DNA of 64,000 nucleotides, taken from contig NC_057711.1 of assembly GCF_004010195.1 (NCBI RefSeq), forward strand, positions 73,779,399 to 73,843,398. The letters are read 5' to 3'. The stretch comes from Chiloscyllium plagiosum (lineage: Eukaryota). Of this stretch, positions 25,414 through 37,902 are shown piece after piece. Each line of letters opens with the position of its first letter. Position 1 is the stretch's first letter. Position numbers and translations under genes: made by a program. Below the pieces are notes generated by a model. That model was not told the origin of the DNA. It searched no databases and was given only the letters and a program-made list of their open reading frames with translations.

Positions 25414-26810
25414 GTGTCAGGTGGTTCTTACTTTCACAGAGATTAGTAGATGTAGGGAACAAGCTGTCAAATCATTAATTCACTGCAATCATTTAAAAGT
25501 GAACTGAATAAATATCTTGCTGTACTAGAAGTCACAAAATAGAGAATGCAGATCATAAACTAACAAGATGTTACATTTTTAATGTACTCCCCGGATTAGT
25601 TTACAGGCCCAAAAGCAATATGTTATCCAGATTTTCTGCTCCCAACTTGGTTGTCTTTTTTAAATATCTCTCCCAGGTGATTACAAGGCTAGCTGCCAGA
25701 CAGGTGGCATTCTGAATCATCATGCCTATGACTTAACAACTGTATGATATAGGATAAGTACCAGGTCCTACCCTGTATTTTATTTTTATGTTTGTAAAAT
25801 TCTTATCATCAATCTTTGTTATTAAATTCACAGAATTACTGGCAAATTAGGAAAAAAAGGAGGCAGGTTCCTCTGGACCAGCCAAATTTTTGTCATTGAT
25901 TAGAGCGTTTGGTCATCATGATGAGGGCTTTTCGATCTCATTTTAATTGGAATGCTTTATTGTTATTTTGTGGATTCTTTCAAAGTTAATTTAAATGGTA
26001 AAATGGCACAAATTGTTCACTCCAAGCACAATCAATCATGGAAAATCAAGATATAAAAGTCTGGGGAAAATGACAAATCAGATAGATCTCACACCTACTG
26101 GACTCTTTTGTAAACTGTGGCTAAGGCAACATTTGAAGTTCATTTAGTCCACATTGATATATTTGTGACTTGAGGAGGAAAGTATAATAATGATTTTATA
26201 ATGCAATATAATTTACTTATGCTGCAATAATGATTTGGAATGGTGTTACATTTTCTTTCCTTAGTATTGGCAGGAATGCAATCTCATGTCTTCTGATCAT
26301 CAAGTGCAGGTCTGCTTTTAATTGCAACAATAGGTTCACAATTGACTGTTGACAGGGAGACACATCCATTTCTCACTGACTGTTATTGCCACGTGGCGAA
26401 TGGTATCTTTGAAGTCTTTGTCTCATTGGGATGCAGTTAGTGACCACATGTGTTAAACTGGCGCATTGAGGTACTAGGGCAGTTAGGAAATGGAGAAGAT
26501 TGGCTGATATAAAAATTAGCATTGAAAAGTAGGTCCATGTTAATGTTATAAAATATTTAACTTTCCCTTTAAACTTCGCAACATCCCCATAATTTTTAAA
26601 CAAAAGATGGCATTGTATAGCTTTCGTCTTAAAATTGCCTTGAAATTCTTTAAAGTTTTTTCATCTCCTGACATAACAGAAATTCATCAGGTTTCCAACA
26701 ACAGCATCAACTAAACAGCCAACCATCTAGAAAGACACAGGTAGCCGATGCATTGGAGCATCAATACTTGCAAGTTCCCCTCCATTTCATACACTATCCT
26801 GGTTTGAAAT

Positions 26811-27312
26811 TAAAAATCACACAACACCAGGTTATTGTTCAACAGGTTTAATTGGAAGCACACTAGCTTTCGGAGCGACGCTCCTTCATCAGGTGATAGT
26901 GGAGGGCTCGATCGTAACACGGAATTTATAGCAAAAATTTACAGTGTGATGTAAATGAAATGATATATTGAAAAATTGATTGTCTGTTAAGTCTTTCATC
27001 TGTTAGAATACAGTGATAGTTTCACTTCTCTCATGTGTAAATCACAAAACCCTTTTTTTAAAAGTTGCATTCTTGGGTTAGCTGTTAACAATGGTGATAG
27101 CTAGACAATATGTTGAAGGTGTTGGCACCCTGTGTTCTCTGTCTATGCCATGATATTTAGATTGATTCTAATCTAAAAAGTGAGATAGCAGAGTTTTACA
27201 TAAATTCATGCAGTTTTTGAGCTCAGAGTTCTACATGAATGCATGCAGTTTTTGAGCAAAGTACAATGTACTTTGTACACCCCAGTCCAACACTGGCATC
27301 TCCAAATCATGA
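26811..27312. mobile_element. Penelope-like mini-element (family B)
   Basis: Perfect 12-bp TSD ctggtttgaaat at 26799-26810 and 27313-27324; shares termini with 34509, 37692 and 54205. Confidence 0.75.
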
Positions 27313-27561
27313 CTGGTTTGAAATGATATCACCAATCCTGCATTGTCGCTGGGTCTAAATCCCAGAACTCCCTTGTGAGCAGCATTGTTGGAATCCCACA
27401 CTCCAAGAATTGCAGCAGTTTAATAAGGCAGCTCGTCACCGACATCTTGGGGGTGATAGGGATGGGCAGCAGATGATGACCTAACCAGCTCCCTGCTCTC
27501 ATAGAAATGAAAAAAAAAATAGAAGTGGGCCAATATTGTCAAAGATCTACTGTCCAAATCC

Positions 27562-27896
27562 ATGAATCATCGAATCCCTACCATGTGGAAACAGGCCATT
27601 TGGCCCAACAAGTCCTCACTGATCCTCCAAAGAATGACCCATCCAAACCCATTCTCCCTACCCTATTACTCTACATGTACCCCTGACTAATGCACCTAAC
27701 CTACACATCCCTGAACACAATAGACAATTTATCTAACCTGCATATTTTAGAATTGTGGGAGGAAACCATAGCACCCAGACAAAGCCCATGCAGACACAGG
27801 GAGAACATGCAAACCCAACACAGACAGTCACCCGAGGCTGGAATTGAACCTAGGTCCCTGGTGCTATGAGATAGCAGTGCTAACCACTAAGACACC
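27562..27896 (-). mobile_element. tRNA-derived SINE, near full length
   Basis: Minus-strand A-box (tagtggttagc) and B-box (ggttcaattcc) plus CR1-like tail. Confidence 0.85.
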
Positions 27897-27996
27897 AAAC
27901 CATGAGTGATCCACTATCAGCACATTACATAATGAAAAGCAATAGTTTTATCAATTACAAACTATATTTTAAAATCCAAGTTGGCATCATATAATG

Positions 27997-30117
27997 TTAA
28001 AGACAAAAAAAAACTGCAAATGCTGGAATCCAAGATAGACAAACAGGAGGCTGGAAAAGCACAGTAAGCCAGGCAGCATCAGGAGGTGGAGAAATCATTG
28101 TTTCGTATGTAACCCTCTTCAGGACTTGAGGTGACTGCAAGGAGGGAGCAGCAGATAAAGCGTGGTTTGGTGGAGGTGGGGGCATGGTGGTGAGGTATGG
28201 ATAGGCAAAGGATGGTCATGGCGGAAAGGGAATGGGATGGGGAATTAAAATGGGTTATAATTGGGCAGTCAGGTCGACCCTTGAGGGCCCAGATGAGATG
28301 CTTGGCAAAACATACCCTGAGTTTACGATTGGTCTCCCCGATGTAGAGAAGACCACATCAGAGGCATCTGATGCAGGAAACTAGGTTGGAGGAGAGGCAG
28401 ATGAAACTCTGTCTCACTCTAAGGACTGTTTGGGGCCCTGGATGGAGGTGAGGGGGGTGATGTGCTGGCAGATTTTGTATCTTTTATGCTTGCAGGGGAA
28501 GATTCAGGAGGGTTGGTGGGGAGAGTGGTGCAAACCAAGGGAGCGGTCCTTGCAAAAGGCAGAAAGGGGTGGGGAGGGGAAGGGGTAGATGTTCTTGGTA
28601 ATGAGGTGTAGTTGGAGTGGCGAAAGTGATTAAGGATGATACGTTGGATGCGGAGACTGGTGGGTGGTAGGTGAGGACAAGAGGTATCCTATCTTTATTG
28701 CATTTGGAGGGGGGCATTTAGAGCAGTGGAGCGGGGAATGGAGGGAGTGCAGTTGAAAGCTGTCTGGATGACAAAGGAGGGAAAAGCACATTGTTCAAAA
28801 TAGGTGGACATCTGGCATCCTGGAGCTGCTCATCAACTTCACCCACAACTTCCATCCTGCCCTCAAATTCGACTTGGTCTATCTCAGACACTTCCCTCCC
28901 TATCTTGACCTCTCCATTTCCAGCTCCAGAAACAGCCTCCAATGGATGTTTACTATAAGATCACAGACTCTAACTACCTGGACCACACCTCCTCCCACCC
29001 AGTATACTGCAAGAACTCCATCCTATTCTCTCAATTCCTCCTCCTCTGCCGGATCTGATCGGACAAGGACACATTCCACTCCCAAGCATCCTCAATGCCC
29101 ACCTATTTTGAACAATGTGCTTTACCCACCTCTGCCATCCAGATAGCCTTGCATGCACCACATCCATTCCCCACTCCAATCCTCCCCCAAACACAATAAA
29201 GACAATGTCCCCCTTGTCCTCACCTACCACCCCATCAGTCTCTACATCCAACGTATCATCTTTAAACACTTCCACCAACTCCAATTAGACCCCATCACCA
29301 AGAACATCCTCCCCTCCCCACGCCTCTCTACCTTCTGCAACGACTGCTCCCTTCATCATTCCTTGGTTCACACCACTCTTCCCACCAACTCCCTCTGAAC
29401 CCACAGGTACCTTCCCCTGCGACCGGAAAAGATGCAAAACCTGCTGGTACACCACACCCCCCACCTCCATCCAGGGCCCCACACAGTCCTTCCAGGTGAG
29501 ACAGAGGTTCACCTGCCTCTCCTTCAACCTAGTTTACTGCATCTGGTGCTTGCGATGTGATCTCTGTACGTTGGGGACACCAAACGTAAACTTAGGGAAC
29601 AGTTCGCTTCGCATCTCAGCTGGGCCCATAGGGGCTGACCCGACCTCCCAGTCACCATCATTTTAATTCCCTTTCCCACTCCCTTTCCATCGTGACCATC
29701 CTTAGCTCTTCCATTGCCACAGTGAATCACTGCAAATTGGAGGAACAACATCTCATCTTCCGCCTGGGCAGCCTACAGTCCAGAGGACTCAATACTGAGT
29801 TCTCCAATTACAATAGCCTCCCTTCCCATCCCCCAACTCCCATCCCAGCCCCTCCCCCTCCCTTCCATTCCACTGATTGACCCTTCCTTCCAGATACCAA
29901 CAGGATTCATTCCTCCTATCGATGAATCAGGTAGTACCCTCTGCCTATGTTTACCTATCCCTACCTTAGCACCCTGCTCCCCTGCCCCCCACATTATCGG
30001 CAGCTCCCCTTACACCCAGCCCCTGTCCTGAAGAAGGGTTACACTTGAAACATTGACTTCTCCACCTCCTGATGCTGCCTAGCTTGTTGTGTTTTTCCAG
30101 CCTCCTGCTTGTCGACC
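27997..30117 (+). mobile_element. Penelope-like retroelement with inverted structure: antisense arm about 27997-28815, sense arm about 28820-30117 with RT C-terminus and GIY-YIG relic
   Basis: PLVLTYHP occurs on both strands (ORFs 28484..28717- and 29153..29398+); FTC....NLVYCI.C..C and vG.TKR.L GIY-YIG-like motif at 29508-29620; TSD ttgg(c/t)atcatataatg at 27981-27996 and 30118-30133. Confidence 0.85.
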
Positions 30118-31119
30118 TTGGTATCATATAATGACAGTTTCTTAATTAACTAATTTATTTATCTAACTTCCTTCAAACTTAGCAACATTTTATTCACATG
30201 GTCTCAACAACTCAGCTATACTCAATTGAAATTACAGGCAGTTTTAGTGGCCATTTGACAAACTTTTAATGATCTGCAGAACTATCAGCTCAATGATATT
30301 TTAGATTGGATAAAGAAACAAAGAACAGCATTGCTGTGATCAGTTGACTGATCTGATCTAAAAAAAATCAAAGCACTTTTCATGTTGAAGTTAATGTTTA
30401 ATTTTCAGTAGCAAAAAATACTTACCAAATGGGAACAATGTCATAACAGGTTGCGAAAGTAAGGAGAAATTTAAATGTTTCTTGTATCATACTCAAAGGA
30501 ATCTCAGTACAACATGGAAACAATGCTGAGAATTTTCATTTTAGTAGCATTGTACAACTGAACAATAATACTTTACTTCAAAAAAGTTTGCTTGCTCTAG
30601 ATTAGTAGTTAAACTCAAAAATCAGTAAAGCAGGAAGACTTTGCATCCTTTATGGTTGCTATTCACCATGTGCCTAAGGGTATCAACTCAAGCTTGACAT
30701 GACCTAGCCCTTTAGCATTAAGTGAAAGAAAAATGATCAACCAATTTCAGGTCGATGTCTCGAGTTCTAGTAAATAATTTACTTACTGTGACTTATAAAC
30801 GCCATTTTAAGTGCTGCATTTAACTATTTATAATCATAACAAAAAGGAATAGCTGATACTAAGTGAGCCAGAAAAGGATATAGGATTTTTAACCTGGATT
30901 ACGATGCAGCAGAAAGAATGAAAATAATATCTATCATTTAAATCTGATTAAATACTCAAGCATAATGTAAATATATTAGGGATAGATGTTTCCCAGAAAT
31001 AGGACATTAAAAATTGGATTTTGTTTATATTAGGGAAGTGGTGGGAGAATGATCTGGGTATCGCATTGAATAAGGCCAATGGCAGGAGTACATCTAGTTG
31101 GTCCACAGCTTTCAAAAGG

Positions 31120-31430
31120 TGGCATGGTTGCTCAGTGGCTAGCACTGCTGCATTACAGCACCAGGGATCTGGGCTCATTCCCAGGCTGTGGCTGTATGGA
31201 GTTTACATTTTCTTCCCCCCACCACCCCCACCTCTGTGTGCTCCAGGTTCCTTTCACAGTCTAAAGATGTGCAGTTAGGTGGAATGACCATACTAAATTG
31301 CCCATAGTACCCAGGAATGTGCAGACTAGGTGGATAAGCCATGGGAAATACAGGGTTAGATGGATGTGGTGCTCTTTGGAGGGTCAGTATGGACTGAACG
31401 GCCTGCTCCCATGCTGTAGGAGTTCTATGA
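31120..31430 (+). mobile_element. tRNA-derived SINE
   Basis: ggcatggttgctcagtggctagcactgctgc head and conserved body. Confidence 0.8.
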
Positions 31431-32298
31431 TAAGAATAGATGTTGGTTGTGGCTGCCAGAAATGAGAGTTATCAATTAAAAAACAAGAAGTGCCAGATAA
31501 ACCCAGCAGGTCTGAGTTTATAATGGAATGAGAAACAGAACTAATGTTTGAAGTGAACAAAGAAACTGAGTTAATGCTTTAAGTCAAATATCACTCAAAC
31601 TCTTCTGATGAAGAGATTCCACTCAAAAGTTTAACTCTGTTTTTCATTCTCAACAATTGCTACTTTTTTCTGCTGTTTTTATTGCTTTTATTTAATTTTT
31701 ACTCCATTTTTTGATTTTGTTTCAATATTATTATGATTATGAATATTATTTTTATTATTTAGCTAGAGCAGCTTACTGAGGCCTCCACAAAGGGCATGAG
31801 GATTTGGGGAACCAGGAGGTAGTGACCAGCAGTGCTCACTGTGGGTCAGATTTAATATGGAGCTGTCTCTTGCAATCTTGGCAAATCAATTTCTAATTTA
31901 TATCCTACAAGAAGCATGAGGCTCCTTATTAGCATATTCAAAGGCTCTGAAACATGTTTTAAGCAAGTAGGGGAAAAACCTCCACAACACCTCAATCGAA
32001 ATACCATTGTATGTGTTTGTCTCTTAAATTAGAAATTTCTTCACTCATTTAATACCCAGAAAGCAAGAGCAATGCATTTCACTTTTATCACATTTTATCT
32101 TAGTTGGTGAGTCTTATTTGGATCAAAACATTACAATGCATATCCATGAATCTATAGTTTGTTCCTTCAGTTTGGACTGGGTATCATTTAGATGAAACTT
32201 TTACATGGATGGATATGAATTTACAATTGCATAAAAATTGGTTTAGTAAGAAACATCAAAAATGACAAGTTTATAACTCTTAAAGTTTAATGAATTAC

Positions 32299-32427
32299 CT
32301 CTTTGATTAAAGTTCCCATGTAGAGTGCAGTGAGTGGGGTTTGCTCTGCTGGTTTAATAACTACTGTATTGCCACAGCAAAGTGCAGGAGCAAGTTTCCA
32401 AGTAAACATCAGAAGTGGGAAGTTCCA
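32299..32427 (-). CDS. ALDH1A1: ALDH1A exon 6 ([43 protein letters not shown])
   Basis: Acceptor tattag, donor gtaatt, 129 nt; oxyanion Asn (WNFP) and cofactor-binding KPAEQT. Confidence 0.97.
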
Positions 32428-32742
32428 CTAATAGAGACAAAAAAAAAGTTGTATCAACGACATCACATTTTGTTCAAGATTATCGTTAGTTTTATGGACT
32501 TAATTATCATGACTATAGCATAATAATAATATTCATGCATCATACTAGGATGAGAATTTTCTGTATATGTATAGCAATCTCAAGAATAGATCTTTGAAAT
32601 TTCCAATGTTTGGCAATTCCAATGAAAATATAATATATAATCGCAAAATTAACACTCCTGCTCCCTTCGCACTCAAGTAAGCTAAAAGGAAATGCAGTCA
32701 AAGTTGGTGTTATAGCAAACATCTGTGTTCCACAATCCCTTT

Positions 32743-33163
32743 GAGTTGAATTTTATGAGATACTAAATTTCTTGTATCCTGTCAAAAGGTCCACCAAGAA
32801 AAACACTAACTGCCCAATAGCCAGATGATGGTTAATAGGTTGGAGGGAGGATTCCTGTCCCTCAGGAGCAGGATATCCCACCTCAGAGAGGCAACTCATC
32901 AAAGACCAAAAACTCTCCAGAACTCTGTGATAGAATTATCAGGAGGATGAGGCTTTTAAGTAGGAAATCATCAGTCTCTTAAGGGTGTCAATTAGCCCAC
33001 TGGGGATGCCTGATGTTACCCCTCTACTTGCAATGTTGTAATATGGTTGGAGTGGGTAAATAGGTGATGACTACCAACGCCATTTTCTGCCCTCACTCCC
33101 TCCACCACCACACCTTCAAATCCTCCACTGCCACACCACCAAGGTTGACACTAAATCAAGCCC
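32743..33163. mobile_element. Possible decayed non-autonomous DNA transposon (Harbinger-type MITE)
   Basis: GC-richer island bounded by degenerate inverted ends gagttgaatttta and taaatcaagccc. Confidence 0.3.
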
Positions 33164-34061
33164 TTTAAGTGCAGTTTTTTTTTAATTGTGAAAGTGGAAT
33201 CATAGAATTTACCATATGTTCGAAATGAACATTTTGCTGGAAATATTAGATTTAAATTTTGACTTTATTGTCAGGTATACTCAAGCATGGGGCACAGGAG
33301 TACTGTAGAAAGTGTGCAATGTCACCAGACACAGCGCTATCTTGGGTGCAAAGTACCTAGGTACAAAATCTTAGTTACAGAATTAGAAATGTAAGGAATA
33401 ATTTTGTCTAACAGACAAAATCTTCACAAATAAATTTATATGTTGACACACAAATGAAGAGCAAAATCCTTACCTATAATGAATAAAATTGCTTATAAAT
33501 GATGGGTTTTTTTTAATGCCAATAACCTTCTAACTAATGTTTCTCTTAGCCATGATATTTATCATAAGTTAATAGTGAACTCAAATTAACATGAAATTGA
33601 TCAATGCAAATTAGCTTGTATATTCATTGGAAATTGTTCATGCATGAATTCAAGTACAATTTACTGTATTCTTTGAAGTATCAAGCATTAACTGTTAATA
33701 TATTTACTCTTCAACTCATTCATGCACATCTTTAATTCTGTTGCCTGCCAACCATATTCCATACTGAAATGATGTGTGACTTCGCTGAAATTTACAAAGC
33801 AATAAATGATTATTGTGCTGAATGAATATTCAGGCTGCACACTAAATCATTTAGTATGTCTTGTAATATGTTTTTGAGGAGGTGCTCCCAGAAGTGAAAG
33901 TACAGAATTCTTAAATAACAGCACTGGCTTGTCCCTTGTTTCTAGCCTCGTATACAAGTGACTACTCTCTATTTCAGACTCAGGTAACTGGAAGTGAAAC
34001 TCCTCACAATACTCTCCAGGAATCTTGGTCAAATAAAATAAATCTACAAAATGTTACTTAC

Positions 34062-34123
34062 AGGTATAATTTGTCCACATACACCAATTGGTTCATGTCT
34101 TGTAAATGTGAGATAATCTCCAT
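34062..34123 (-). CDS. ALDH1A1: ALDH1A exon 5 (DGDYLTFTRHEPIGVCGQIIP)
   Basis: Acceptor catcag, donor gtaagt, 62 nt, TRHEPIGVCGQIIP motif. Confidence 0.96.
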
Positions 34124-34307
34124 CTGATGTAAATTAAGAAATTAATTCAATTATTTACCTTAAACAAGGATTTGGATTGTTATGTAACTTAACTGCATTT
34201 TTAAATTAGTATAACCAATGAAGTATATTTGTTAGAATATGCATTAAATGTGTAACTAGTTTACACATTTGAACAAAACACTTCAGTTTGGAATCGATTG
34301 CTTAGAA

Positions 34308-34750
34308 GATAGAATCCCTACAGTAAGAAGGCAGGTCATTCGACCCATCGAATATGCATCAACACTTTGAAAAACATCCCAGTCAAACCTGTAATGCCCT
34401 AACCTTATTCCCCATCATTCTGCATTTGCCAAGAATAATCCACCTAATCTATACATCCGTGTGCACTATGGGCAATGTAGCACAGCCAATCCACCTAACC
34501 TGCATGCACCTGATGAAGGAGCGTTGCTCCGAAAGCTAGTGTGCTTCCAATTAAACCTGTTGGATTATAACCTGGTGTTGTGTGATTTTTAACTTTGTCT
34601 TTGTATTGTGTGAGGAGATTGGAGCACCAAGAGGAAATCCTTGCAGATACAGAGAATGTGCAAATTCCACACAGACAGTCTGTCACCCAAGGGTGGAATT
34701 GAGCCTGGGTCCCTGGTAATGTGAGGCAGCAATGCTAACCACTAAGCCAT
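34308..34750 (-). mobile_element. tRNA-derived SINE interrupted by a family-B Penelope-like fragment (about 34505-34597)
   Basis: SINE motif cacctaacctgca|tctttg is split by ctgatgaaggagcgttgctccgaaag...tttaactttg. Confidence 0.8.
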
Positions 34751-34984
34751 TTTACTCTCTTCCCAGATATGGTAGCATTTGATGCAGACAATGCACAGGA
34801 ACATTTGTTTTCATGGCTAGATTTTCCTGAAACAGGTGACGAGTTATCACCACAGGCTGTAACTTGAGGAGTGCCATTATGCATCAGGTATGGCTGACCT
34901 GGATGCTATCCCACTCTTACGACCTGCTGTAGGTCAATTAGAAGGATTTGGTAATCAACCTGTTTTACCTTCCATGGTGTGTAT

Positions 34985-35420
34985 TAGCTATAAGGGGAGG
35001 TTGGATAGACTTGAATTGTTTTTGCCAGAGCATTGGAGGCTGAGGGACAATCTGATAGAAGTATATACAATTATGAGAGGCATGGATAGCGTGAATAGTT
35101 AGAGTCTTTTTTCCTGGAGAAGAATTGTGAAATACACAGGGGGGTATAGGTTTAAAGTGCAAGGGGGAAATTTAGAGGAGATATGTGAGTCAAGTCTTTT
35201 ATGCAGAGAGTGATAGATGCCTGGAATGTGCTGCCATGGGAGATGGCAGAAGCAGATATGAGAACAACAGTTTAAGAGACATTTGGACAGACACATGAAC
35301 AAGTAGGGAATAGTGAGATATGAACTGTGAGCAGGCAGATAGGATTAGTTTAGAATGGCAACATGATTGGCAGAGACATTTTGGGCTGATGGTCTTGTTC
35401 CTGTGATTTACTGTTCTGTG
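34985..35420 (+). mobile_element. CR1 3' end
   Basis: WRLRDNLIEVYTIMRG in ORF 34890..35102. Confidence 0.85.
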
Positions 35421-36089
35421 GACCCCAAATCATGCAGTGGGACTTGAAACTGGACTTTCTGGCTCAGAGAAAGGGACTCTACACTTGCCTTCAAAATCTC
35501 TGCATTTGTAATAATGGCATTTGAAAGACAGTCCTATCACATACATCTGCATGTTAATTAAACAGTGACATTAACCCAGTCATTCAAATTACAAAGGGCT
35601 TTTAATATTTAATAGAAGGGAAATTATTTTAAAGTACCTATTTTAAAATCAAAGTTTAAGCTCTGCTTTATATGACATACAGCAGCATCAGAACAGCACC
35701 CACACAGTGGGAAGCAGATATCTAAAGGATTGTCACTATGCAACAAAAAGCAACATTGTGTTTGCCATTATTTAAGATTAAGAATAGACAAGAACTTAAT
35801 TCTGAAAATAACACTGCAAAAAAACTAAAAACTTTAAAAATGTTGAAAAGCTTTTCTGGAAGTCATTTGGTACCTTTTGATCATGGCTTTTGACCAAATT
35901 GGACTTGCACTAACTTGATGTAAAATCCAAAAAGTATGGTACTTTTTTGGACCTCTTGGCTTTCCAGGACTGAGAAATAAAATCAGTCTCTCAGTTAAAT
36001 TGTTGCTTCCTTGCTAATGCTTGATGAATCACATAACATCCAAATTAAATGGATAACATGATGCACACTTATATTAGTATCAGGCAACA

Positions 36090-36890
36090 TTGAGGAGCAA
36101 GAGTAGGCCGTGCGACCCTTGAGTTTGCTCCACCATTTGTAATGAGCATGCCTGTGTTCTTAACTCTATTTTCCTGTTGGTAACCCATACGTTTGACTCC
36201 CCCATCTATCAAACAACCACTAAATCAGCCTTAAATGAATGCATATTTTGTGAAATCTTCTACTTTCTGGGGAAGATATTTCTATACTCTAACAACCTTT
36301 TGAGAGGAAAAAAAATCACTTCATCTCTGTCTTTAAAAGGACACTCTTATGCTTAAACAATGTCCCCTAGTTCTACACTCCCCCATAAAAGGAAACATCC
36401 TCCACACATCCACCATATCAAGCCTTCTCAAAATCTTCTTTGTTTCAGTAAGATTTCCTCTCATCCATCCAGACTCCAATGGATATATACTTGACCTGAC
36501 CATACTTTCTTTTTAAGGTCAGGCCTTCTTCACTGAAATGGGTTTATTGAACTTTCACTGAGCTGATTCTGAAGTTTTTTTGAGTATGGAGACCAGAGGT
36601 ATACATAATACTCCACATTCTGTATAACTTCAATAAAAGTCATATCTTTATATTCCATCCCCCTTGCAATAAATGGCAACATATGATATACCAGCCCTAT
36701 TAACTGCTATATCTGCACACTAACATCAAGTGATTCATGTACTAGGATTCTGTACCACTAAGTTTAGCAATCTCTCTCCATTTAAATAATCTATTGTTTT
36801 TCCAATCTTCCTGAAAAAATGGACAAATTCACTTTTACTTACATCATACATTTTCTGCTAAATGTTTTCCCACTCGCTTAGTCTGTCTGG
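36090..36890 (-). mobile_element. Old CR1 RT C-terminus and 3' UTR
   Basis: Reverse complement of CR1 3' motifs (gtaggcc...cccttgag, ggagaccaga...caatactcca). Confidence 0.7.
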
Positions 36891-36940
36891 GTGCCTTATT
36901 ACATGCAGAACCATTGTAATACCATCACCAACATGGTGTT

Positions 36941-37170
36941 ACACTGTGGATTCTTCACTATAAGAATAAACACAGTGGATCCTTCATTATCACAAGAAAC
37001 AGTGCGGATCACTCACTGTAGGGTTTAAAATAACTATCTATCGTTCTAGGATAAAACACTGTAGACCTCCCACAGTAAGGAGGAATGCTATTATTCACAG
37101 TTTAGGAGAACACTCCAGAGTCCTCAGCGTATGGAACATGTTGTGGATGTCTTACTGTTTAGAAGAATAT
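36941..37170. repeat. Degenerate minisatellite with unit of about 29 bp
   Basis: Units such as acactgtggattcttcactataagaataa, acacagtggatccttcattatcacaagaa and acactgtagacctcccacagtaaggagga. Confidence 0.55.
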
Positions 37171-37447
37171 TCCACAAACATGATCAAAAGTAATGCTAAC
37201 TACTACATACTTTATACTATAAGTTAAAACATATACTGCCAAGTTGTCTTTAAAGACAGACACTAAAGCTGTTATTAATTTACTGTTTAGAAGAATATTC
37301 CACAAACATGATCAAAAGTAATCTTTCCAGCAATACTTCCTTTAATTTGAAATTTTATAAATGCTAACTACTACATACTTTATACTATAAGTTAAAACAT
37401 ATACTGCCAAGTTGTCTTTAAAGACAGACACTAAAGCTGTTATTAAT
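37152..37447 (+). repeat. Tandem duplication: 128-bp copy (37152-37279) and 168-bp copy (37280-37447) differing only by a 40-bp indel
   Basis: Direct comparison; the extra 40 bp are 37323-37362. Confidence 0.95.
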
Positions 37448-37691
37448 ATTGAAAAGTAATTTACTAAGCTTGAGTCTTTCCCGATCTGACATAACTGATT
37501 TTTTTTTCAAGTCAGCTCAGCATTGGAAACAATCTGTGCTTTCATTGCAGGGACTAGAAATTATACGAAAGCTTGATAAGCATATATTTACTTATTTATT
37601 CTATTTGATGTTTGAGTTAATCAATTTCCTTTTGTCTGTCCTTTGACCTCTCTGGAATTTCTTAGATTCTTCTGCAAACTATATTTTGAAA

Positions 37692-37902
37692 GTTAAAAAC
37701 CACACAACACCAGGTTATAGTCCAACAGGTTTAATTGGAAGCACACTAGCTTTTGGAGCACCGTACCACACAACCATCTGATGAAGGAGCAGCACTCCAA
37801 AAGCTAGTGCTTCCAATTAAACCTGTTGGACTATAACCTGGTGTTGTGTGGTTTTTAACTTTGTACACCCCAGTCCAATACCGGCATTTCCAAATCATGA
37901 CA
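37692..37902. mobile_element. Fold-back Penelope-like mini-element (family B)
   Basis: Arms about 37689-37759 and 37795-37862 are inverted; TSD ta(t/g)attttgaaa at 37680-37691 and 37903-37914. Confidence 0.8.

Noticed and set aside
36941..37447. Repeat array considered as CRISPR-like
   Set aside because: No constant repeat with unique spacers, no cas genes, and the context is a vertebrate intron.
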